Made by a program: the position numbers and the translations under genes
Shown: in pieces, positions 43,810-54,052 of the stretch
Position numbering within the stretch: position 1 is the first letter of the stretch
Layout of the letters: every line of letters begins with the position of its first letter
Origin: Roseibacillus sp.
GTDB lineage: Bacteria; Verrucomicrobiota; Verrucomicrobiia; Verrucomicrobiales; Akkermansiaceae
Direction: 5' to 3'
DNA: 64,000 nt
NCBI GenBank assembly: GCA_051251855.1
Contig: JBPOGI010000002.1
Location: 749,605-813,604 of the forward strand
The notes under the pieces: generated by a model
Told to the model about the DNA's origin: nothing
What the model saw: only the letters and a program-made list of their open reading frames with translations
Databases searched by the model: none

Positions 43810-46371
43810 ATGTTTCGTCCTCTCAAATGGTCTCTTAATTTTGTGTTTCTGGGTGCCCTTTACTCTCAAGCGGTCACTCTCGAAGAGGCGCTCGATGCTG
43901 AGGGGCTTGTCTGGAATGGTGCAGGGGGGGATGTGCCTTTTACTGGCATTGCCGATCCGTCTGGGATTGGTGGTAATTACGCTGGGGCAACGCTAGAGCC
44001 TGGAGAATCGGCGGAGCTTTCGACGACTCTCGCGGGACCCGGGGTGATTGATTTTTGGATTGCAGGAGGACAGTTTTCGGATTGGGAGGCTTTTCTTGAT
44101 GGAGAGCCTTTGGATATTTCGAGTGGCACTTGGCCTTACGGATTTCCGGTGGAGGGTGCGGGGCCGCATGTGTTTTCGATGCGTTATACCTCATCTTCGT
44201 CAACTACGGAAAGCGTGTCTGCTGATGGAGTGATTTTTCAAGAGGAGGCATCAGTGAGTCTCCAAGAAGCTTTGGATGAGCCCGATTTGGTTTGGAGTTC
44301 TCCCGATGCGACGAAGTGGGTTGGGGTTCCTGCTTTTTTTGCGGGCGACGGGGAAGATGCGGCTTGGATTGGGGGGTTGGCTGATGAGGAGGTTTCTTCA
44401 CTTAAGACGACGGTGACGGGCCCTGCCGAAGTGAGCTTTTGGTGGCAAACCACGCGGGGAAGCTACACGGATGGAGAGTTGCTCGTTGATGGTGAGGTGT
44501 TCGGGAACCTTAGCGGTCCTTCTCAGAATTTCTGGAAGCAAGTTACCTTTACCGTCGGCGCGGGTCACCACGAAATTGAGTTTCGTGCAACAGGGCAAAC
44601 GCCGTGGTTGGAGTCTCATGTGAGAGGGATGTGGCTCGATCAGGTTGAGGTGACGCCGCTCGAAGATGGCCGCTTATTGAGTTTGGGTGCTGTTCCGGAG
44701 GGGACTTGGTTACGAGGAGCTTCAGGCGTTATCGGGGAGGGGCAAGACGATGATTCTTCTTTGGGTGTGCTCTTGCAGAACTATGAGGCAGCTCAATTGT
44801 CGTGGCCGCTTCTTGCCTCCGAGCAGTTGCGTGTGATCAGCCTGTTTCATAAGAATGTCTCATCTCTTTCAGTGAGTTTTGATGGGGTTTATGAGGGGGT
44901 AAGTAGTCAATCTGAATGGGTGGAGACTCAGTTGCGAGTGACGCCTTCAGAAGAAGGACGTTTGAGAGTCGAACTCGCGAATACCGATGATTTGAAGTTC
45001 GTTCAGCTGGATGATTTAACTGTTACGGAGTTGAGTCCTTTGCCAGTCGCGGAGGCTTTGGGTTGGTCGGAGACCGAGGTGGTGGCGGATGGTTTCTATG
45101 GTTGGCCGGGGACCGAACCGGAAGCCTTTGCTACCGACTATGAGGCGAGTTTAAGTTTCTCTGTTTTGGGGCCTGGAAGGCTGTCGTTCGAGAAGGGAGG
45201 AGAGAGTTCTTTCGAAATTTCGCTGAATTCTTTGCCATTCGATTCGGGATCAAGTAGCGGCACGGGGAGTCACGAGCTGCTCATCCCTGAGGGAGACTTT
45301 GAGGTTGTGATTAAGAAGACTGGATTTGGTTCAGGGTTGTCGATTAGTGATCTGAATTTTGAGGCTTTTACCAATTTCTCTTATGGTGAGGCGTTGGGAG
45401 TGCCGGAGTTGGTTTTCTCTTCTTCGGGGACCTACTATGATGAGGACGCTCAGGAAAGGCTGGATTTTGTGGGGGAGACTTTCATCGCTTTTGAGGGAGA
45501 GGTTTTAGGCTCATCTCCTCCAGGAGCAAATTTCGTCCTAGAAACTGAAATCGAGGGGCCTGCTCTTTTCTCGTTTCAGAGGCGAGTGACCAATGGAGTA
45601 GTTGAGAAGAAACAGGAAGAGCAAGATGAGAAGCGTTCAAAAATTACGATCATTGTGATCCCTCCAACGGTCTTTGAGTTAGGAACGGCTTTGTATGTGA
45701 ATGGAGTGCGAACTTTGGAGGCAGAAACTAACTTCTTCTTTTCGGAGGAATATCCCGCTCAAGAGCCGATGGATTCCTCGCAACCTAGTTTGCTCGGGGA
45801 CGAATTTGGAAGTGTGGGTCTAACGCGTGAGGTCGAAGTGAATGAAGAGGGGTGGAAGCGATTTGAGTTATATCTCAGTGCTGGCACTCACACCTTACAA
45901 TGGAGGGTTCAAAAGTCGAAAGATGGGAGTGCCCCTCTTTCAATACAATTGGCCGATTTTGAGGTGAAACCTGTTCAACAGTCTTATCACGACTGGGCAG
46001 CTAACCAATGGCAAGCCGACGTTGGGGTTGATGATGCCGAAACTTGGCTGGCTGCTTGGCAGGACCCGATGGGTGATCCGGATCGAGATGGCTTTTCTTC
46101 TGCCTACGAATACGCATTTCAGACAGATCCGCGCTCTCAATTGAGCGTGCCCCCGCAGGCTGTTTTCGAAAATCGGGCGGTGGTCTGGCCAACGCCACCG
46201 ATCAGCAGTCCTACTGTGGGGTGGAACTATTGGTGGAGTCCTCATTTGGTTACGTGGGCAGAGGATGGGCTCTTGAATGAAGTCGTTGGTGGTGAAGTTC
46301 GAAGCAGTTTGGTTCAGCCTAGCGAGAAAGCTTTTTTCCGTCGCGAAGCGGATGTGACGACGAGTCCATAA
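43810..46371 (+). CDS. secreted protein with internal repeated domains
   Basis: Signal peptide; repeats of (L/V/Y)xEAL(D/G)...GPxxxxF; C-terminal DPDRDG...YEYAFQTDP. Confidence 0.8.
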   Translation: MFRPLKWSLNFVFLGALYSQAVTLEEALDAEGLVWNGAGGDVPFTGIADPSGIGGNYAGATLEPGESAELSTTLAGPGVIDFWIAGGQFSDWEAFLDGEPLDISSGTWPYGFPVEGAGPHVFSMRYTSSSSTTESVSADGVIFQEEASVSLQEALDEPDLVWSSPDATKWVGVPAFFAGDGEDAAWIGGLADEEVSSLKTTVTGPAEVSFWWQTTRGSYTDGELLVDGEVFGNLSGPSQNFWKQVTFTVGAGHHEIEFRATGQTPWLESHVRGMWLDQVEVTPLEDGRLLSLGAVPEGTWLRGASGVIGEGQDDDSSLGVLLQNYEAAQLSWPLLASEQLRVISLFHKNVSSLSVSFDGVYEGVSSQSEWVETQLRVTPSEEGRLRVELANTDDLKFVQLDDLTVTELSPLPVAEALGWSETEVVADGFYGWPGTEPEAFATDYEASLSFSVLGPGRLSFEKGGESSFEISLNSLPFDSGSSSGTGSHELLIPEGDFEVVIKKTGFGSGLSISDLNFEAFTNFSYGEALGVPELVFSSSGTYYDEDAQERLDFVGETFIAFEGEVLGSSPPGANFVLETEIEGPALFSFQRRVTNGVVEKKQEEQDEKRSKITIIVIPPTVFELGTALYVNGVRTLEAETNFFFSEEYPAQEPMDSSQPSLLGDEFGSVGLTREVEVNEEGWKRFELYLSAGTHTLQWRVQKSKDGSAPLSIQLADFEVKPVQQSYHDWAANQWQADVGVDDAETWLAAWQDPMGDPDRDGFSSAYEYAFQTDPRSQLSVPPQAVFENRAVVWPTPPISSPTVGWNYWWSPHLVTWAEDGLLNEVVGGEVRSSLVQPSEKAFFRREADVTTSP

Positions 46372-46487
46372 CGTGGAATCTCGTTGAGGATGAGGGAAGT
46401 TTTGCCCCGATATCCTATGCAAAAAGGCTGTTTTTTCGGTTTCTGAGGGATTTTGGGCGAGAAATCGCGTCTGAGGTGAGGCAGAAC

Positions 46488-46516
46488 TTGAAAAAATCGT
46501 TCGTCGTGGTCACATT
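46488..46516 (+). promoter_or_regulatory. possible sigma70 promoter for leuC
   Basis: TTGAAA-17 bp-CACATT followed by GC-rich CCCGCCCCC. Confidence 0.4.
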
Positions 46517-46546
46517 CCCGCCCCCGCGTGAAGCGGTTTGAAGAAG

Positions 46547-47950
46547 ATGGGAAAGACCTTGTATCAAAAAGTTTGGGATGCTCACACGGTGGGTAAGATG
46601 GGTGACGGACGCACACAGCTGTTCATTGGCACCCACCTCATTCACGAGGTGACTTCGCCACAGGCCTTCGGGATGCTGCGTGATTTGAATTTGAAGGTGA
46701 AGTATCCGCACCGCACGTTCGCGACCATTGACCACATTGTTCCGACTGAGAATCAGGACCAACCGGCGGATCCGTTGGCGGCGGATATGATCAATGCCAT
46801 TCGCGCGAACTGTGATGACTTTGGGGTGACTTACTTTGACTTGAAGTCGGGTAAACAGGGGATTGTGCACGTGGTGGGGCCTGAGCAGGGAATTACCCAG
46901 CCGGGAACGACCATTGCTTGTGGTGATTCGCATACGGCGACTCACGGGGCTTTTGGAGCGATTGCTTTTGGAATTGGAACCACGCAGGTGCGGGACGTTT
47001 TGGCGACTCAGACTTTGGCGATGGAGTCATTGAAGGTGCGCCGCATTGAGGTGAACGGGGAGCTTCCTCCTGGGGTTTACGCGAAGGATGTGACACTGCA
47101 CATCATTAAGCTTTTGGGTGCAAAGGGTGGTATTGGTTACGCGTATGAGTATGCGGGCAGCACCTTCGACAACTTTACGATGGAAGAGCGGATGACGGTT
47201 TGCAACATGGCCATCGAAGGTGGTGCACGTTGCGGGTATGTGAATCCGGATGAAAAGACTTTCGAGTTCTTGAAGGGGAAGCCCTATTCTCCCAAGGATA
47301 CAGAGTGGGATGAGGCGGTTGCGCGTTGGGCTTCTTTTGCCTCCGATGCGGACGCGGAGTATGACGATTTGATTGTGATCGATGCGGCGGATATCGCGCC
47401 GACGGTGACCTGGGGAATTTCTCCCGACCACGCGTTGTTTGTTTCTGAGAATGTGCCGGAGCGCAACGAGGAGACGGCGGAAGCGCTGGATTACATGAAG
47501 TTGGAGCCCGGTGCGCCGATTAAGGGGACGAAGATTGACGTTGCCTTTATGGGGTCGTGCACCAATGGCCGTTTGTCTGATTTCCGTGAGGCGGCGAAGT
47601 ATTTGAAGGGCCGCAAAGTGGCTGCGGGGGTGCAAGCGATTGCGGTTCCGGGTTCACAGATTACGGCGGTGCTTTGTAAGCAAGAGGGGCTGGATAAGAT
47701 TTTTGAAGAGGCCGGATTTGAGTGGCGCGAAGCGGGTTGCTCGATGTGTTTGGCGATGAACCCTGACAAATTGGTTGGGGACCAGCTTTGTGCTTCTTCT
47801 AGTAACCGGAACTTTAAAGGACGTCAGGGGTCGCCGATTGGACGGACTGTTTTGATGTCTCCGGTGATGGTGGCTGCGGCTGCGATTGAAGGCCATGTTG
47901 CTGATGCGCGTGAGACCTTTAGTTTCGCGGATGCGGCAGCGGTTGCGTGA
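46547..47950 (+). CDS. leuC: 3-isopropylmalate dehydratase large subunit
   Basis: [49 protein letters not shown]. Confidence 0.97.
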   Translation: MGKTLYQKVWDAHTVGKMGDGRTQLFIGTHLIHEVTSPQAFGMLRDLNLKVKYPHRTFATIDHIVPTENQDQPADPLAADMINAIRANCDDFGVTYFDLKSGKQGIVHVVGPEQGITQPGTTIACGDSHTATHGAFGAIAFGIGTTQVRDVLATQTLAMESLKVRRIEVNGELPPGVYAKDVTLHIIKLLGAKGGIGYAYEYAGSTFDNFTMEERMTVCNMAIEGGARCGYVNPDEKTFEFLKGKPYSPKDTEWDEAVARWASFASDADAEYDDLIVIDAADIAPTVTWGISPDHALFVSENVPERNEETAEALDYMKLEPGAPIKGTKIDVAFMGSCTNGRLSDFREAAKYLKGRKVAAGVQAIAVPGSQITAVLCKQEGLDKIFEEAGFEWREAGCSMCLAMNPDKLVGDQLCASSSNRNFKGRQGSPIGRTVLMSPVMVAAAAIEGHVADARETFSFADAAAVA

Positions 47951-48028
47951 GGAGTTTTTGAAGCGCGTGCTTTTTGGCAGGTGAGTGTGGGTTCAGTTGC
48001 TTTGGCTGGATGGAGGCTCAATTTGCAG

Positions 48029-48078
48029 CCATTCGAGACGACTGGGCTTACCTTCGCGGCCCGGAGGACCGCGCCACG
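48029..48078 (-). repeat. REP-like two-hairpin element, copy 2
   Basis: Ungapped match to 14849-14898 with different but still pairing stems; lies between convergent leuC and pyrE. Confidence 0.65.
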
Positions 48079-48086
48079 TGAGTTGG

Positions 48087-48644
48087 TTAGGCAATGAGTT
48101 CGGCTTTGCCGTAGACGCTGAGGACTTCGACGCCGCGTGCTTCGATGACTTCTTTGGCGCCTTCTTGGCGGTCGACGAGGATGAGGACAAAGGCGACTTT
48201 GCCGCCTTCGGCTTCGATGGCGTCCATAGCTTTGATGGTGGAACCGCCGGTGGTGGCGGTGTCTTCAACGAGGATGATGGTGTCGCCGGACTGGAAGTTG
48301 CCTTCGACGCGCTTGCCGGTGCCGTATTTTTTGGCTTCCTTGCGGACGGAGAACATTTGGAGGGGCGCCCCTTGGCGGGAGGATTCCATGGCGATGGCGA
48401 GGGAGATGGGGTCGGCGCCCATGGTCATGCCTCCGATGGCGACGGGTTTCTCGGGGAGTTGCGCGATTTTTTCGGCAACGGCGGCGTAGCCGACTTCGCC
48501 GACGAGGATGGCTCCGCGGCAATCCATGGTGCTGACGCGGCAGTCGACGTAAAAATCGCTCTTTTTGCCGGAGGCGAGGGTGAAATCACCGGTGCGGATG
48601 GATTTTTTCTGAAGGATGGATTTGAGCTCGTCGCGTGCTGTCAT
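48087..48644 (-). CDS. pyrE: orotate phosphoribosyltransferase
   Basis: FTLASGKKS, VRKEAKKYG, LVEDTATTGGS. Confidence 0.95.
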   Translation of the reverse strand: MTARDELKSILQKKSIRTGDFTLASGKKSDFYVDCRVSTMDCRGAILVGEVGYAAVAEKIAQLPEKPVAIGGMTMGADPISLAIAMESSRQGAPLQMFSVRKEAKKYGTGKRVEGNFQSGDTIILVEDTATTGGSTIKAMDAIEAEGGKVAFVLILVDRQEGAKEVIEARGVEVLSVYGKAELIA

Positions 48645-48825
48645 GGGCCGAGTGAAGCGGGTGATTTACGGCTTCGCCATCAAAATTTTTGGCGAGATTG
48701 AGAGCAGCAATGGCTGATAGGCTAAGAGTCAGGGGGCAGGTATGCTAGGTTACTTGGAAAATGACTGTTTGCGGTTGTTTTCATTGTTAGTTTGGCCCAC
48801 GGAGGAACGTAGACGAATTAAGAAA

Positions 48826-50382
48826 ATGGATATTGGTAAAATCATGGTGTCGGGTTTGGTGGGTTTCCTTTCAGCAGTGCCGACGGCATTGGCGATGGAT
48901 GGGAAGGCGCAGTATGAGATGCTTTGTGGTGCTTGTCACAATCCTGATGGGAAGGGCGCAGGGGAGGGGGCTTTTCCTCCCTTGGCTGGAAGCGAGTGGG
49001 TAAAAGGCGACCCCGAGCGCATGGTACAGGTGATTTTGCATGGTTTAGAAGGGCCGGTGGATGTGTTGGGGAAGACTTACAATCTCGCGATGCCCCCGCA
49101 GGGTGCCGCTTTGACTAATGAGCAGATTGCGGCGATAGGGACTTACGTTCGAGGAGCTTGGGGGAACAAGGAGGGTAAGATTGATGCTAATTTCGTTAAG
49201 GAGGCTCGTGCTCGGACAGCAAAGCGCAATGCGATGTGGAAGGAAGGAGAGCTTTTGAAGCGGTGGCCTTTACCGGAAAAGAAGGGTCCGCTGAATAACC
49301 TGATTGCGACTGCGTATAAGGGCCAGTTTAAGACGATGCCTGATTTCTCCAAACTAGAGGTGATCAGTGTTGAGGAAGAGGCTTCAGGATTTATTGAGTT
49401 AGCATCGGTTGAACAAAAAGGCCCGTTTGCGGCCGTTTGGGAGGGTGAGTTTGAGGTGGCCTCGAAAGGAGATTACACCTTTCAATTGGATTCAGATGAT
49501 GGGTCGCGCCTGTTTGTCAATGGAGAGAAAGTGGTCGAGGTGAAGGGGACGGGTCCGATGGGGCGCGTGCGCGAAGGTCGGGTGCTTTTGAAAGAAGGGG
49601 TCTCCAAATTTCGCCTCGAGTATTTCGAGGCCAGTGGGCAGAGGGGCATTGCGGTATTGCTACGGAAGAATGCCAAGAATCGCACGCCATTCACAAAGAC
49701 AAAGGTGTCTGGTGGCGCGAAGCATCCACCGATTCCACTAGTGGCGGACAAGGAGGCGCGTATCTATCGCAACTTTATTAAGGGAACGACGGCCCGTGCC
49801 ATTGGGGTAGGTTATCCCGAAGCGGTGAACCTCGCTTTTAGTGCGGATGAGTTGGGAATTGGCTTGGTCTGGATTGGCGAGTTCATGGATGCTGGATTAC
49901 ACTGGACCGGGCGAGGGAAGGGATTTCAGCCACCTGCGGGACAGCGTGTGGTTGCGCTGGGAAATGGGCCAGCTTTCGCGCTGGTGTCTGGGAGAGGGGC
50001 GAAATGGCCAAAAGCTTGGCAGCCTGAGTTGAAAGCACGTTTTGGAGGTTATGTGCTCGATGAAAAGCGGCGTCCGGAGTTTCACTACGAGGTTGCAGGA
50101 TTGCAGGTCATGGACAAACCGGAAGCAGTGGAAGGTCGTGAGTTGGTGCGCAATATTCGTCTAAAGGCGGGAGGGAACCCTCCTCAGGGGTTGAGTCTGC
50201 GGTTGAGTGGAACAGGCGCAAAAGCGATTGGTTCTCACACCTATGAACTCGGCAGCGGAGTTCGTTTAGTGATTGCAGAGAGCGATGCCGTGGAGCCAGT
50301 GGTGACAGACGAAGGAGTATTCCTGCGGTTGAAGTTGAAGTCGGGAGAAAATCGCATTGGGGTCCGCTACTTGTGGAAATAG
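48826..50382 (+). CDS. cytochrome c + PA14 domain secreted protein
   Basis: Start moved to ATG 48826. CGACH...FPPLAGS; SDDGSRLFVNG...EYFE (PA14). Confidence 0.85.
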   Translation: MDIGKIMVSGLVGFLSAVPTALAMDGKAQYEMLCGACHNPDGKGAGEGAFPPLAGSEWVKGDPERMVQVILHGLEGPVDVLGKTYNLAMPPQGAALTNEQIAAIGTYVRGAWGNKEGKIDANFVKEARARTAKRNAMWKEGELLKRWPLPEKKGPLNNLIATAYKGQFKTMPDFSKLEVISVEEEASGFIELASVEQKGPFAAVWEGEFEVASKGDYTFQLDSDDGSRLFVNGEKVVEVKGTGPMGRVREGRVLLKEGVSKFRLEYFEASGQRGIAVLLRKNAKNRTPFTKTKVSGGAKHPPIPLVADKEARIYRNFIKGTTARAIGVGYPEAVNLAFSADELGIGLVWIGEFMDAGLHWTGRGKGFQPPAGQRVVALGNGPAFALVSGRGAKWPKAWQPELKARFGGYVLDEKRRPEFHYEVAGLQVMDKPEAVEGRELVRNIRLKAGGNPPQGLSLRLSGTGAKAIGSHTYELGSGVRLVIAESDAVEPVVTDEGVFLRLKLKSGENRIGVRYLWK

Positions 50383-50403
50383 AGGAAGAAAACAAATATT
50401 TTG

Positions 50404-51855
50404 ATGAGAACGAAAAAAGGATTTTTGGGAGCGTTGGTTGTGGGGCTGAGTGGGCCCGTCGCTGCGGAGGAATACTATCAGACAGAAGCGATTCCACTGC
50501 CTGAAGGAGAAGTGATGGAGCTAGGTTCGATTGCTCTCTTGCCGGAGAAGAAGGTGGCAGTGGCGAGTCGTCGCGGAGACGTTTGGATTTGCGAAGGTGC
50601 CTATGGGGATGATTTGTCGGCGGTCAAATGGACCAAGTTTGCGGAGGGGATTCACGAGCCGTTCGGGATGTTTTGGCGCGATGGTTGGCTGTGGCTGACT
50701 CAGCGGCCGGAAATTACCAAAATGCGTGATACCAATGGTGACTGGAGGGCTGATGAGTTTGTCTCGGTGGCTGCTCCTTGGGGAATCAATGGCGATTATC
50801 ACGAATACACCTTTGGCACGGACCCTGATAAAGAGGGCAATATTTGGACCACGATTTGTTTGACCGGGTCTGGTGCAGCGGCTGATAATTCTCCTTTCCG
50901 TGGGTGGGGCTTTCGGACGAGTTTGGATGGAAAGTCGATTCCCACTGTAACGGGAGTTCGCTCTCCGGGTGGGATTGGATTTAATGCTGTGGGAGACACT
51001 TTCTATTGTGATAACCAAGGGCTTTGGAATGGTAGCTCTTCGCTGAAGCACATGCGCGTGGGAGGATTTATGGGAAATCCAACGGGGAACAAGTATGTGA
51101 AGTTGCAGAACGTTCTTAAGGACCCTGGAACTCCGGAAAGCGGATCACGGATTGAGACCGAGCGCAAACGCATCAAGGATCTTGTGCCACCGGCGGTGGT
51201 CTTTCCTCATGGTCTCATTGGTCAGTCGCCCACGGGGGTGATTCCTGAGCTGACTGGGGGGAAATTTGGACCGTTCGCGGGCCAGACTTTGGTGGGTGAG
51301 CAGACTCATTCGCAGGTGCAGCGGGTTTATTTGGAGAAGGTGAACGGCTTTTATCAAGGAGCGGTGTGGCATTTCCTTGAAGGCTATCGCTCGGGGATTG
51401 TTCCTTTGCGATTGAGTGAGGATGGAACTCTCTTTGTCGGGGGGACGAATCGGGGGTGGGCAGCACGCGGTGGCAAGCCGTTCACTTTTGAGCGCACTCG
51501 TTGGACGGGTAAGGTTCCTTTCGAAATGAAAGAGATGAAGCTGACCAAAGAAGGTTGGGAGCTTGTCTTTACCGAGCCGGTTGATGCGGCCACTGCCGGC
51601 GACCCTGCCTCATACAAAATGGAGGCTTGGACTTATATTTACCAAAAGTCTTACGGAAGCCCGCAAGTTGATCAGGCAACCCCTGAAGTGGTGAAGGCCG
51701 AGGTGTCTGGCGACAAACTCTCGGTCAAATTGACGGTCAAAGGCCGCGTGAAAGGTCATGTGCACGAATTGGATTCCTCGGCTCTCAAGTCGCAGAAGGG
51801 CAAGGGGCTTTGGCATCCGAAATGTTACTACACCCTTAACGAGTGGTTAAAGTAG
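50404..51855 (+). CDS. secreted beta-propeller protein (sorbosone/PQQ dehydrogenase-like, PVC type)
   Basis: Signal peptide; GDYHEY, GVRSPGG, DNQG, GPFAGQ, GGTNRGW. Confidence 0.7.
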   Translation: MRTKKGFLGALVVGLSGPVAAEEYYQTEAIPLPEGEVMELGSIALLPEKKVAVASRRGDVWICEGAYGDDLSAVKWTKFAEGIHEPFGMFWRDGWLWLTQRPEITKMRDTNGDWRADEFVSVAAPWGINGDYHEYTFGTDPDKEGNIWTTICLTGSGAAADNSPFRGWGFRTSLDGKSIPTVTGVRSPGGIGFNAVGDTFYCDNQGLWNGSSSLKHMRVGGFMGNPTGNKYVKLQNVLKDPGTPESGSRIETERKRIKDLVPPAVVFPHGLIGQSPTGVIPELTGGKFGPFAGQTLVGEQTHSQVQRVYLEKVNGFYQGAVWHFLEGYRSGIVPLRLSEDGTLFVGGTNRGWAARGGKPFTFERTRWTGKVPFEMKEMKLTKEGWELVFTEPVDAATAGDPASYKMEAWTYIYQKSYGSPQVDQATPEVVKAEVSGDKLSVKLTVKGRVKGHVHELDSSALKSQKGKGLWHPKCYYTLNEWLK

Positions 51856-51913
51856 AACCCAACTCGCGTTTTTCCCGCTTGGAAGGTTGGGGGATCGACT
51901 CCATGTTGGAGGC

Positions 51914-52837
51914 ATGAAAGTTCTTCTCTCAGCCCTTTCGGTTGCTCTACTCGCGAGTTGCTCATCCTTTAAGGGGGATGCTCCTCCTTTGCAGGGAACT
52001 GTCAGTGGCGACAATCCGGCCGCAGCGACTTTATTTGCCACTGCTAAGGGTTATGAAGCGGCAGGGGAGCGCAAGAAGGCGGTGAAGTCTTATCGGAAGT
52101 TGGTAAACAACTTTCCCGCCGACAAGCGGGCTGCAGAAGCTCGCTTTAACGAGGCGGCTTTGCTGAATACGTTGGGTGATGAGCGAGGAGCGTTCGATGC
52201 CTATCAACAATTTATTGAGCGCAACCCAGGAGACCGTCTTTACAGTCAAGCCGTGGCCCAACAAGAGGCCGTTGCTCATGCCGCAGCCGAAGGTGTGATT
52301 CGCACCAGCTTTCTCGGTCTCAAATCTCGCTTAGACCGAAAGACAATTGTGGGGATGCTCGATAAGGTGAGAGATAATGCCCCGCGGGCTAATTCGGCGC
52401 CTCGCGCGCAGTATATGATTGGTCAGGTCAATGAGTCTCGTAAAGAGCCATATCCCGCGATTGCTGCCTACGAAAAGCTCGTGGATGAATATCCAGATGC
52501 GAGTGTGGCGCCTGATGCGCAGTTCCGAATTGGGGAAATTATTCTTAAGCAAGCTCAGCAGGGGAACCAAGATAAGGCGAACCTCGATCGCGCGAAGAGT
52601 GCTTATCGAGACCTCTTATTGGCCTATCCGAGTTCTTCGTTTTCCGCCCAGGCCAAGCAGCGTATCGCAACTATCGGTTCCCGAGACTTGCAGGCTTCCT
52701 ACAACGTAGCTGAGTTCTATCGCAAGAAGGGAGAAAGGGATTCTGCTGCCTACTACTATCAAGAGGTGGTTGATGGTGCAGCGGCAAGTGATTTACGTAA
52801 CCGTGCGGCCGCTCGCCTTGCGGAATTGAAACAATAG
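51914..52837 (+). CDS. bamD: outer membrane protein assembly factor BamD-like lipoprotein
   Basis: Lipobox LAS-C; TPRs with YP motifs; VAEFY...AAYYY; adjacent to lptE. Confidence 0.75.
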   Translation: MKVLLSALSVALLASCSSFKGDAPPLQGTVSGDNPAAATLFATAKGYEAAGERKKAVKSYRKLVNNFPADKRAAEARFNEAALLNTLGDERGAFDAYQQFIERNPGDRLYSQAVAQQEAVAHAAAEGVIRTSFLGLKSRLDRKTIVGMLDKVRDNAPRANSAPRAQYMIGQVNESRKEPYPAIAAYEKLVDEYPDASVAPDAQFRIGEIILKQAQQGNQDKANLDRAKSAYRDLLLAYPSSSFSAQAKQRIATIGSRDLQASYNVAEFYRKKGERDSAAYYYQEVVDGAAASDLRNRAAARLAELKQ

Positions 52838-52843
52838 GCGGCC

Positions 52844-53359
52844 ATGAGATGTCTTCCTTTTTTCCTGCTTTCGCTTGTTCTCTTTCTTTTGAGTTCGTGT
52901 GCGGGATATCGGTTGGGTGGGACAAAGCCAGAACCCCTGTCACATGTGCAAAAAATGCACGTGCCGCTCGCGACGAACTCGACTCAGATTCCTCGGGCTG
53001 CAGCGTTTGTGACCAACGGGGTGGTGGATGCTCTGGTGCAGGATGGGACTTATCGACTGGGGACTGCTAAGGATTCGGATGCGAGACTCGAGGTCGATTT
53101 TCACACCGTGGATTATCGAGCTTTGCGAACGGCAGAGAGGAACCGGTTGCGTGCAGAAGAGCTTTCCATGACGGTGACGCTGCGTTGGCGAGTTTATGAT
53201 GCCCGTGACCCGCTCAAGGTTTTGGACTCAGGGACATCGGTTGGGCGCACCAGCTTGTTCGTTGATCCCAATTTACAAACGGCCCAACAGTCCGGTATTA
53301 GCGATGCTATCAAGCGGGCATCCGTTTCTCTGGTCGCTCGCTTGGCGGATGGATTTTAA
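52844..53359 (+). CDS. lptE: LPS assembly lipoprotein LptE
   Basis: LSS-CAGYRLG lipobox; size and C-terminal helix typical of the family. Confidence 0.75.
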   Translation: MRCLPFFLLSLVLFLLSSCAGYRLGGTKPEPLSHVQKMHVPLATNSTQIPRAAAFVTNGVVDALVQDGTYRLGTAKDSDARLEVDFHTVDYRALRTAERNRLRAEELSMTVTLRWRVYDARDPLKVLDSGTSVGRTSLFVDPNLQTAQQSGISDAIKRASVSLVARLADGF

Positions 53360-53374
53360 AATTAACGAACTCTG

Positions 53375-54043
53375 ATGCTCACTGTGGTCCCCACTCCCAT
53401 CGGCAATCTCGCCGATATTACTCTTCGTGCTCTAGAGGTTTTAAAGACGGTCGATTGGATTGCATGTGAGGATACGCGGCATACTAAGCGGTTGTTGGAT
53501 CACTATGAGATTTCGGGGCGCCTGATGGCTATCCATGATCACAATGAGGAGAAGCAGATTCCAGAAGTAATCACCAAGTTGGAAAATGGGGAGACCTTGG
53601 CGTTGGTTTCGGATGCGGGGATGCCTTTGGTCTCGGACCCAGGCTATCGAGTGGTGCGGGCGGTAAGGGAAGCGGGCCTGCCAGTGACTGTTCTGCCCGG
53701 GGCCTCGGCTCCGGTGACGGCTTTGGTTGCGTCGGGATTGCCGCCCTATCCTCATCGTTTTGGGGGCTTTCTTCCGGTGAAGAAGGGCAAGCGTGGCAAG
53801 GAGCTGTCAGCGGCTCTAGAGAGGGAGGAGACGGCTATCTTTTTTGAATCTCCTCATCGTCTCATGTCTACTTTGGAGATTCTTTCGGAGCTTGATCCCG
53901 AGCAGCACGTAGTGGTCGCTCGTGAGTTGACTAAGAAGTTCGAGACGATTCATGCCGCTACGGCGAAAGAGCTTTTCGAGCACTTTCGTAATCATCAAGC
54001 AAAAGGCGAGATCGTGCTCTTGTTTCATCCTAAATCGCGGTAA
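53375..54043 (+). CDS. rsmI: 16S rRNA (C1402-2'-O)-methyltransferase
   Basis: VPTPIGNLADIT, CEDTR, SDAGMPLVSDPG, FESPHR, RELTK. Confidence 0.97.
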   Translation: MLTVVPTPIGNLADITLRALEVLKTVDWIACEDTRHTKRLLDHYEISGRLMAIHDHNEEKQIPEVITKLENGETLALVSDAGMPLVSDPGYRVVRAVREAGLPVTVLPGASAPVTALVASGLPPYPHRFGGFLPVKKGKRGKELSAALEREETAIFFESPHRLMSTLEILSELDPEQHVVVARELTKKFETIHAATAKELFEHFRNHQAKGEIVLLFHPKSR

Positions 54044-54052
54044 TCTTTATCC

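Noticed and set aside
46547..47950. leuC without adjacent leuD
   Set aside because: Split leu genes are common; leuD is probably elsewhere in the genome.
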